Assembly: GCA_963744345.1 (NCBI GenBank)
Contig: CAVUTD010000013.1
Coordinates: 20,415 to 84,414, forward strand
DNA length: 64,000 nucleotides
Origin: an uncultured Verrucomicrobiae bacterium
Lineage (GTDB): Bacteria > Verrucomicrobiota > Verrucomicrobiia > Chthoniobacterales > Terrimicrobiaceae
Reading direction: 5' to 3'
In this document: positions 57,329 to 64,000 of the stretch, piece by piece
Layout: each line of letters opens with the position of its first letter
How positions within the stretch are numbered: position 1 is the stretch's first letter
Made by a program: the position numbers and the translations under genes
The notes under the pieces: generated by a model
The model's database searches: none
The model's input: the letters and a program-made list of their open reading frames with translations, nothing else
What the model was told of the DNA's origin: nothing

Positions 57329-58468
57329 ATGGTTTCCATCGAACATACTGATCCGGTGAATGCGCGTATCCTGTCGGTTTCAGAGGACAAAATTGCTGGC
57401 TTCGTCCGCGATCCGTTCGCGGAAATTGCGCGCAGAAGCGGGCTGCCGCTTTCGACCGTGCTGGAACGCATTCGCGAGATGCTCGAAGCGAAAACCATTC
57501 GTCGGGTGCGCCAGACTCTTCTTGCCACAAATCTTGCCTCCGGCGCTCTGGTCGCCTGGAAGGTGGCTGCAGAAAAGCTGGAGGCGGCTTTTGACTTCAT
57601 GTTTCAGGAGGATCCCTACTCCGGACACGTGGTCATTCGCTCGACCGACGCCAAAATTCCAGGCGAGGCTTACAAGCTTTGGACGACCTTAAAGGTACCC
57701 GCGGGTTACTCGCTCGATGCGCATTGCCAAATCTTGTCTCGGTGCACGGGCGCCGAGTGTTATCGGCTGATGCCGGCAAAGGGAATCTTCGCTCTCGGCG
57801 TCGGCCATGTGCGACGCAAAACGATCAATCCTGGCGATAAGGCGGCTGAACCTGCCAGGATGCAGGTTGTCGAGACCATCACTCTCACCAACCGCGAGTG
57901 GCGCGTCTTAACGGCCTTGAAGCGGGAGTTTGCGCCGGAGGAAATTCAGGAGCCCGCCTGGAACGCTCGTGCCGCCGAGTCGGGCATTTCCCTTGGAGAA
58001 TTTTTCGCGATCGCCGAGTCCTTAGCGGCCCGCAAGCTGGTCGGTCGTTTCTCAACTTTTCTCGAACACGTCAAACCCAGCCAGACCGGCACGCGGGTCA
58101 CGCGCTTCAACGCCTTGTTCCATTGGGCGGTCCCGCCCGGGCGCGAAATGGAGGCGGGCGGCGAAGTTGGGCGTCACGAAATACTCACCCACTGCTATTG
58201 GCGCGAGGCTGGACCCGAGTTCAATAACGTCAATATCATGGGAGTAGCTCACGGAATGGACAAAGAGCGCTTGCTTGAGCACAAGGCGGCGATCGACCGA
58301 CATCTCAACTCGGTGGGAATTCCACTTGCCTACACAAACGTTTTCTGGGGTGGGCGCAGCGAAATCAAACCCTCTGAGATTTCACCTTACGCGTATGGCG
58401 AGTGGTTGGCAAAACAGGCGCCGGCTCACGGGATCAAACCGGAACCCGACGCGGTATCATTGCAATAA
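57329..58468 (+). CDS. Tandem Lrp/AsnC-like protein resembling fused siroheme decarboxylase subunits (AhbAB/NirDL-like)
   Basis: 379-aa ORF made of two HTH-plus-ligand-domain halves. The second half has THCYWRE, comparable to the NHNYxR motif of the family. The call rests on recalled family patterns only. Confidence 0.4.
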   Translation: MVSIEHTDPVNARILSVSEDKIAGFVRDPFAEIARRSGLPLSTVLERIREMLEAKTIRRVRQTLLATNLASGALVAWKVAAEKLEAAFDFMFQEDPYSGHVVIRSTDAKIPGEAYKLWTTLKVPAGYSLDAHCQILSRCTGAECYRLMPAKGIFALGVGHVRRKTINPGDKAAEPARMQVVETITLTNREWRVLTALKREFAPEEIQEPAWNARAAESGISLGEFFAIAESLAARKLVGRFSTFLEHVKPSQTGTRVTRFNALFHWAVPPGREMEAGGEVGRHEILTHCYWREAGPEFNNVNIMGVAHGMDKERLLEHKAAIDRHLNSVGIPLAYTNVFWGGRSEIKPSEISPYAYGEWLAKQAPAHGIKPEPDAVSLQ

Positions 58469-59821
58469 CGCCCGGAGATCAGCTCGGCTGATTTTACCCC
58501 GCGCGTTCAGCGGAATTTGTTTCCAAAAGAGCCATCGCCTTGGCACTTGCCAGCTCGGAAGGTTAAGTGAGCAAAGTTTACGCAGTTCTTCCTCAGTCGC
58601 CTCGCCCGCCACGCAGGCTGTCACCTCCTCACCGCGGGTCCGAACAGGCAAGCCCAGCACCACCGCCTCCTGCACACGGGGTGAGAGTTTCAAGATTCTC
58701 TCGATTTCAGCCGGATTGACCTTGCGGCCGCTCACATTGATCACATCCGAGATCCGTCCTGTGATGACATAGCCGTTTGTTTCCTGCTCCAGCAAATCCG
58801 CTGGGCGAAACATGCCATGCTGGAAATTCCTGGCATCCTGCTCCGGATAGTATCCTTCGCCGACGGCTTGGCTGCGCACTTCGACCTGCGATGGCCCCTC
58901 ATGTTCCATGCGCACCTCCACATTCGGCAAGGGCGGACCGACATAACCTGGTGGAACGTCTGCGGATTCACTCGAGTCGTAACAAATTCCACCGCACTCG
59001 GAGGAGCCATACAGCGAGTGGAGCTTGAGTCTCCAATTGCTGAGAAATTTCGCGGCGACCTCCCGGCTCAGCGGAGAGCCTGCCGAAATGCATAAGCGCA
59101 GCGAATTGCCGGTCCCGTCAACTTCAGCCAATGCTCGAAAAATGCCTGGCACTCCAGCAAGCAACGTTGCGCGGCTGGAGGCGAGACCATCGACCAGCGC
59201 TCGGGGCATAATGTCAGTGCCCGCAACTAGGGGGACGCCGCGACAGAGCAGCGGTGTGATCAAATTGCTGAATCCATAGGAATGGGCGAAGGAAACAACG
59301 CCATAGTTGAGATCATCTTCCCGCAAGCCCATGCCGTCGCAGACATTGTCGCAATCTGCAAGCAGCTGCCTGGCCGTGAAGCGAATCACACGAGGTTCAG
59401 AGGTCGTTCCAGAGGTCAATTTAAGCAGATGGCTCCGCACATCGACAGAGGGATTATCAAGGCGCATGATCTCTACCCCAGCTTCACTAAGCACGAAGCG
59501 CAGACCTACGCCGCAGAGCTTCTCGATTCGGTCACGACTAACGAACGGCATTTCGTTCTCCATCGGTACCAAGGCGTGATCCGTTCGCCACCCTGCCAGC
59601 AGCAGGGCGGGCCAAGCGACGCAATTGCCGGTTTGCAAGCAGATCGCTTCGCTGGGCTGATCAATTATCTGATCCGCCCAGCGGCAAGCCTCCTCCTCGA
59701 GCCCGGCAAACGTTCTCAGAATGCTTCCGTCCGGGGCAAGTATAGCCGGTTCTCGCTTCTTGGCGGCGACGATCTGCTCCCAACGGGTAAGGATCGGATT
59801 GTTTTCGTGATTGCAGGACAT
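58457..59821 (-). CDS. AMP-dependent synthetase/ligase (acyl-CoA ligase-like adenylating enzyme)
   Basis: ORF listed from a GTG at 59851; the ATG at 59821 is likelier. Contains the adenylation motifs LTSGTTSEPR, YGSSECG and the C-terminal GKISR. Confidence 0.75.
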   Translation of the reverse strand: MSCNHENNPILTRWEQIVAAKKREPAILAPDGSILRTFAGLEEEACRWADQIIDQPSEAICLQTGNCVAWPALLLAGWRTDHALVPMENEMPFVSRDRIEKLCGVGLRFVLSEAGVEIMRLDNPSVDVRSHLLKLTSGTTSEPRVIRFTARQLLADCDNVCDGMGLREDDLNYGVVSFAHSYGFSNLITPLLCRGVPLVAGTDIMPRALVDGLASSRATLLAGVPGIFRALAEVDGTGNSLRLCISAGSPLSREVAAKFLSNWRLKLHSLYGSSECGGICYDSSESADVPPGYVGPPLPNVEVRMEHEGPSQVEVRSQAVGEGYYPEQDARNFQHGMFRPADLLEQETNGYVITGRISDVINVSGRKVNPAEIERILKLSPRVQEAVVLGLPVRTRGEEVTACVAGEATEEELRKLCSLNLPSWQVPRRWLFWKQIPLNARGKISRADLRALLQ

Positions 59822-59855
59822 ACCTTCCCTGCTAGTTTGAAAGGTTTTCACAGAA

Positions 59856-60092
59856 ATGAAGTCCGCGATTCATCCCAACTACGTCGAAACCGTCATCATT
59901 TGTGCCTGCGGTGCGACGTATCGCACGCGCTCGACCCGCGAGAACATCAAAATCGGTATTTGCGCGGCGTGCCATCCCTTTTTCACGGGCGAGCAAAAAT
60001 TCGTCGACACCGCCGGTCGTGTGGACAAGTTCAAACGCCGCTACGGAACGCTGCGCGCTACTCGCGCAGTGAAGTCCGCCAAGAAGGCTTAG
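59856..60092 (+). CDS. rpmE: 50S ribosomal protein L31
   Basis: 78-aa ORF: MKSAIHPNYVETVIICACGATY...CHPFFTGEQKFVDTAGRVDKFKRRYG. Confidence 0.93.
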   Translation: MKSAIHPNYVETVIICACGATYRTRSTRENIKIGICAACHPFFTGEQKFVDTAGRVDKFKRRYGTLRATRAVKSAKKA

Positions 60093-60162
60093 ATTCTTCT
60101 CCGTCGCGAAACGGTGATCGCGCTCTCCCGCGCTCTCACCGTCTCGCTCGCTGGTGCCCAGC

Positions 60163-61239
60163 ATGAATTTCTCTCTCCTCATTGAAAAAAAGCGGCGGCG
60201 TTATGAAGAACTCGCAGCCGAACTTGGGGGAGGAACGCTCTTCGAAAACGCTCCTCGTGCTCGAGAACTCCTTCGCGAACATGCCCGATTGAAGGAGCTC
60301 CTCACACTGTGGCAGGATTACGAGAAGACGTCCCGGGAACTCGAGGAGAGCCGGGCTCTTGCGACGGGCACTGACGCTGAGATGGTCGAGCTTGCCGTCG
60401 CCGAGTTGCCAAAGCTCGAAACGCGCATGCCGCAACTCGAGATGGACCTCCAAATCGCGCTGTTACCGCCAGAGCCTGGAGAAGATCGTGACGCGATTGT
60501 GGAGATCCGCGCCGGAACCGGTGGCATCGAGGCAGCGCTCTTTGCGGCGGACCTCTACCGAATGTACAGCCGTTTCGCGGAGAGCCATGGCTGGAAGGTG
60601 GAGACGTTGGACTCAAGCGAAGCGGATCTTGGCGGTTTGAAGGAAATCGTCTTCCGGCTTTCAGGCGATTCCGTCTTCCGCAAAATGCGCTATGAATCGG
60701 GAGTTCATCGTGTGCAGCGCGTCCCTGCCACCGAGGCACAGGGGCGCATCCATACTTCTACAGCTACCGTAGCGGTTCTCCCCGAAGCTGAGGAAGTCGA
60801 CATCCAACTCAACATGGATGACCTCCGGATCGAGGTGTGCCGCGCGGGCGGACCTGGCGGCCAAGGCGTCAACACCACGGACTCCGCCGTGCAGATCCTT
60901 CATGTCCCCACCGGCCGGATTGTGCGTTGTCAGGACGGGCGAAGCCAGCAGCAAAACAAGGAGCGCGCGCTGCAGATTATGCGGGCGCGACTTCTTGAGG
61001 ACAAGCGGCGCGAGGAAGAGGAGAAATACTCTGCCCACCGAAGGAGCCTCATCGGAGGGGGTGGACGGGAAGAAAAGATCCGCACCTACAATTTCCCGCA
61101 GAATCGGGTAACCGACCACCGTATCGCTCTAACCCTCTACAATCTCGATCGATTCATTGAAGGCGATCTGGACGAGATGATCGAGAGCTTGCAGGCGAGC
61201 GACATTGCGCAGCGGCTCAAGGAGGCGGACGTAGAGTAG
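60163..61239 (+). CDS. prfA: Peptide chain release factor 1
   Basis: Contains the PAT tripeptide context (RVPATE), the GGQ motif ([16 protein letters not shown]) and [14 protein letters not shown]. The ORF track starts at a GTG at 60154; the ATG is at 60163. Confidence 0.93.
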   Translation: MNFSLLIEKKRRRYEELAAELGGGTLFENAPRARELLREHARLKELLTLWQDYEKTSRELEESRALATGTDAEMVELAVAELPKLETRMPQLEMDLQIALLPPEPGEDRDAIVEIRAGTGGIEAALFAADLYRMYSRFAESHGWKVETLDSSEADLGGLKEIVFRLSGDSVFRKMRYESGVHRVQRVPATEAQGRIHTSTATVAVLPEAEEVDIQLNMDDLRIEVCRAGGPGGQGVNTTDSAVQILHVPTGRIVRCQDGRSQQQNKERALQIMRARLLEDKRREEEEKYSAHRRSLIGGGGREEKIRTYNFPQNRVTDHRIALTLYNLDRFIEGDLDEMIESLQASDIAQRLKEADVE

Positions 61240-61307
61240 TGTGGGTCACGGGTTAAGACCTTGCAAGGTCATTCAGCAACCATCAAATCTGATCCATCGA
61301 CCAGCCG

Positions 61308-62159
61308 ATGACCGTCCTTGAGGTTTTGACTGCCGCTACTCGATATCTCGAGGATCATGGAGTAGAAAGTCCGCGCCTCAACGCCGAACATCTGCTCGCC
61401 CATGTGCTCCGCAAGAGACGATTGGATCTTTATCTTGAATTTGACCGTCAGCTTTCCGAGGGGGAGCGAGCCCCGCTGCGCGAGCTGGTCCGAAACCGCG
61501 GCGCTGGGAAACCCCTTCAGCATTTGCTGGGCACGACGGAATTTTTCGGCCGCTCGTTCCTCAGCGATGGACGAGCTCTGATTCCCCGACCTGAAACCGA
61601 GCAACTTGTGGAGTTGATCCTGGGAGATCTGGACTGCCGTAACAGCCGAATGAGCATCCTGGATGTGGGTACCGGCTCCGGAGTTATCGCGATTACCCTG
61701 GCTCTGGCGCTTCCTTTCGCTACAGTCGCAGCGACCGACATCTCCGCTCAAGCGCTCAGCCTTGCGCGTGAGAATGCTTCACGGCATTCCTTGGAGGCGC
61801 GAATTTCCTTTTGGGAGGTTGATCTCTTTCCACCCGGCTGGGAACGCTTTGACTGCATCGTTGCCAATCCCCCGTACATAGCCAAGGGAAATTTTTCCAA
61901 CCTGCAAGTGGAAGTTCAGCATGATCCGCTCACTGCACTCGACGGCGGATCCGATGGCCTTTCTCTTATTCGAAGACTTATCGATCTCGCTCCGGAGCGT
62001 CTCGAGGCAGAGGGATTCCTGGCCCTGGAAATCGGACACGATCAGTCACCCGAAGTGCTTGCGCAATTTGCTGTAAAAAAGTACCGCAAGATCCGTGTGC
62101 ACAAGGACTATCAGGGATTCGAGCGTTTCGTTTTGGCAGCCTCGCCACATAGACCTTGA
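61308..62159 (+). CDS. prmC: Release-factor glutamine N5-methyltransferase
   Basis: 283-aa ORF containing the SAM motif ILDVGTGSGVIA and the catalytic NPPY (IVANPPYI). It lies immediately after prfA. Confidence 0.9.
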   Translation: MTVLEVLTAATRYLEDHGVESPRLNAEHLLAHVLRKRRLDLYLEFDRQLSEGERAPLRELVRNRGAGKPLQHLLGTTEFFGRSFLSDGRALIPRPETEQLVELILGDLDCRNSRMSILDVGTGSGVIAITLALALPFATVAATDISAQALSLARENASRHSLEARISFWEVDLFPPGWERFDCIVANPPYIAKGNFSNLQVEVQHDPLTALDGGSDGLSLIRRLIDLAPERLEAEGFLALEIGHDQSPEVLAQFAVKKYRKIRVHKDYQGFERFVLAASPHRP

Positions 62160-62243
62160 GGCAAGAGGATTATCGGACGACAGGGGAATTTTCGCGACAC
62201 AGCTTTCGAAAAACACTATCAAATAACCGCATGTTGACTGTGT

Positions 62244-63503
62244 ATGGATAAGATGATCGTGCATGGCGGACATCCGCTTAGCGGATCCGTGCGAATCGGC
62301 GGCTCGAAAAATTCGTCGCTCCCCATCCTCGCGGCAACCCTTCTGACTTCAGAGCCATGTGTGATTTCACGGGTGCCCGACCTGAGCGACATCCATTACA
62401 TGCTTACCATCCTCAATGAGCTTGGCTGCGAGGTGGAACGCGCGAGTGGTACCGTGACTGTCAAGGCGGGAAGCGTTCTCACGGACGCCCCCTATGATAT
62501 TGTGCGGAAGATGCGGGCGTCGGTGTGCATTCTCGGCCCGCTACTTGGAAGGGAAAAGGAGGCGACGGTATCTCTCCCAGGAGGATGCGTCATTGGGGAT
62601 CGACCGATCGATTTGCACCTCCGCGGGTTTGAAGCGCTCGGCGCAGCTGTGCGCGTGAAAGGCGGCAATGTGAAAGTGCTCGCCCCGGACCTTCATGGTG
62701 CGACCATCAATCTGCGCGGCCGGTTCGGCTCGACGGTGCTCGGCACCGACAACGTGATGATGGCTGCCGTGCTTGCCGAAGGGACCACGGTCATCGACGG
62801 AGCCGCCGAAGAACCCGAAGTCGAGGATTTGGCTAATTTCCTCATTGCGATGGGGGCGAAAATTGAAGGCGCGGGTACGCGAAGAATTATTATCGAGGGC
62901 ACACGGGAACTGCATGGCGCCGAGCATGCGGTGATTCCCGACCGAATCGAGGCCGGAACTTTCCTGGTAGCGGCGGCGGTTATGGGGGAGAAGGTCACCA
63001 TCACCCGAGCGGAACCGCGGCACCTCAAGGCGATCCTGGATCCCCTCAGCCAGGCGGGCTTCTCCATCTCGGCAGGCAATGACTATGTCACCCTGAGCTC
63101 CAACGGAGTTGGCCGTCCATTGAAGCTCGAAACGCTCCCCTACCCCGGTTTTCCCACAGACATGCAAGCACAGATGTGCGCCCTTCTCTCCACAATTGAC
63201 GGGATCAGTGTGGTTACTGAGAATGTTTTTCCCCAGCGATTTATGCACGTCGCAGAACTAAAGCGTATGGGCGCAAATATCGAACTTCAAGGCTCGACCG
63301 TCGTCATCAATGGCGTTCCTAAGCTCAGCGGAGCGCCGGTGATGGCGAGTGATCTGCGAGCTTCAGCAGCTCTGGTGCTGGCCGGCTTAAAGGCCGAAAA
63401 TTCCACCGAGATCAACCGCGTCTATCACATCGATCGTGGGTACGAAAGCATCGACGAGAAGCTAAACTCGCTGGGCGCGCAGATTGAACGCGTAAAGGTC
63501 TGA
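62244..63503 (+). CDS. murA: UDP-N-acetylglucosamine 1-carboxyvinyltransferase
   Basis: 419-aa ORF: MDKMIVHGG.PLSG.V.IGGSKNSSLPILAATLL. The active-site Cys context is LPGGCVIGDRPIDLH. Confidence 0.93.
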   Translation: MDKMIVHGGHPLSGSVRIGGSKNSSLPILAATLLTSEPCVISRVPDLSDIHYMLTILNELGCEVERASGTVTVKAGSVLTDAPYDIVRKMRASVCILGPLLGREKEATVSLPGGCVIGDRPIDLHLRGFEALGAAVRVKGGNVKVLAPDLHGATINLRGRFGSTVLGTDNVMMAAVLAEGTTVIDGAAEEPEVEDLANFLIAMGAKIEGAGTRRIIIEGTRELHGAEHAVIPDRIEAGTFLVAAAVMGEKVTITRAEPRHLKAILDPLSQAGFSISAGNDYVTLSSNGVGRPLKLETLPYPGFPTDMQAQMCALLSTIDGISVVTENVFPQRFMHVAELKRMGANIELQGSTVVINGVPKLSGAPVMASDLRASAALVLAGLKAENSTEINRVYHIDRGYESIDEKLNSLGAQIERVKV

Positions 63504-63513
63504 CGGAAAACGC

Positions 63514-64000
63514 TCAGCGAACAGTCTTGCGGTGGATCCAGATGCTCTGGAGAATACCCAAGCTGAAGAGAATCATCGTCAGAAAAGAGCCGCCGTAGCT
63601 GATAAGGGGAAGAGGCAGCCCGGTAATCGGCGTGATTGAGATCGTCATGCCAATATTGAGAAAGGTGTAGGTAAAGATTAGCACGACAATGCCCACGGCC
63701 AGCAACTGGCCAAGACCGTCCTCTGCCTTAATCGCGATGTAGAGACCGAATAGGAGCAGCAATGTCAACGCTCCAATGAGCAAGATGCCGCCCAGGAATC
63801 CGTGTTGCTCGCCTAAGACAGAGAAGATAAAGTCGTTGTGCTTGATCGTGGTGGGGAGAAATCCCAATTCGTTCAATGTATTGCTGGCCTTGAACCCTTT
63901 GCCGTAGAAACCGCCGGAACCTACCGCTGTCAGCGATTGGATGATGTTCCAACCATTGCCTTGTGGGTCCAGGTAGGGATTCACAAAACTGGTGATACGG
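63514..64000 (-). CDS. rodA: FtsW/RodA/SpoVE family (SEDS) protein, RodA-like; 5' part lies outside the window
   Basis: C-terminal sequence is ...DFIFSVLGEQHGFLG...TGLPLPLISYGGSFL...IWIHRK. The frame stays open to the window end. Confidence 0.7.
   Translation of the reverse strand, partial: RITSFVNPYLDPQGNGWNIIQSLTAVGSGGFYGKGFKASNTLNELGFLPTTIKHNDFIFSVLGEQHGFLGGILLIGALTLLLLFGLYIAIKAEDGLGQLLAVGIVVLIFTYTFLNIGMTISITPITGLPLPLISYGGSFLTMILFSLGILQSIWIHRKTVR

Noticed and set aside
1-64000. A search for CRISPR arrays, IS elements or transposases, integrases, phage genes, toxin-antitoxin pairs, known defence-system genes and rRNA.
   Set aside because: I saw no regularly spaced direct repeats, no terminal inverted repeats flanking ORFs, and no DDE, tyrosine or serine recombinase, nuclease, helicase or reverse-transcriptase-like translations in any frame.

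Overview
The window looks like a chromosomal segment of a moderately GC-rich Gram-negative bacterium. A Verrucomicrobiota origin is likely, inferred from a VPDSG/PEP-CTERM-type sorting tail and the gene content. No database search was run, so all family calls rest on motifs I recognise in the translations.

Positions 1-41.9 kb form one very large cyclitol/sugar catabolic supercluster:
- a CUT1-type ABC importer with two tandem ATPase genes
- a full-length transketolase
- a canonical myo-inositol core, iolC (kinase fused to a DUF2090 aldolase-type domain)-iolD-iolB-iolA
- a minus-strand operon iolE-gfo-tktN-tktC-iolG followed by a YdiJ-like FAD/Fe-S oxidoreductase
- two tandem, near-identical gabD genes
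- a DeoR (IolR-like) regulator
- an RbsBAC-like ABC importer
- in total seven Gfo/Idh/MocA oxidoreductases and four xylose-isomerase-fold TIM-barrel genes

Positions 42-64 kb hold the following:
- an acetyl-xylan-esterase-like hydrolase
- a cNMP-binding protein pair, one of them fused to a PlsC-like acyltransferase
- a secreted DUF4440/SnoaL-like protein
- tRNA-Glu(CUC), a glutaredoxin-like protein and ribE
- an FHA-adenylate cyclase facing an FHA-ABC exporter/OmpA-like/TPR operon
- a Na+/H+ antiporter, an AhbAB/NirDL-like tandem AsnC protein and an AMP-ligase
- the housekeeping run rpmE-prfA-prmC-murA, then the partial rodA-like gene on the opposite strand

The most unusual signal is not a gene. 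The whole 752-nt spacer at 32526-33277, between two co-oriented oxidoreductase genes, is a cytosine-depleted polypurine tract:
- It has about 4 % C overall, including a 241-nt run with no C.
- Its composition grades from G-rich at the 5' side to A-rich at the 3' side.
- It is full of G-runs and GGAGG cores.
- No standard feature class explains it.

The second theme is five independent reading-frame disruptions: iolE, an orphan binding protein, a ketose-3-epimerase-like gene, a Gfo oxidoreductase and a sorting-signal tail. They point either to pathway decay or to consensus errors in the assembly.

I found no CRISPR array, transposase, integrase, rRNA or recognisable riboswitch.
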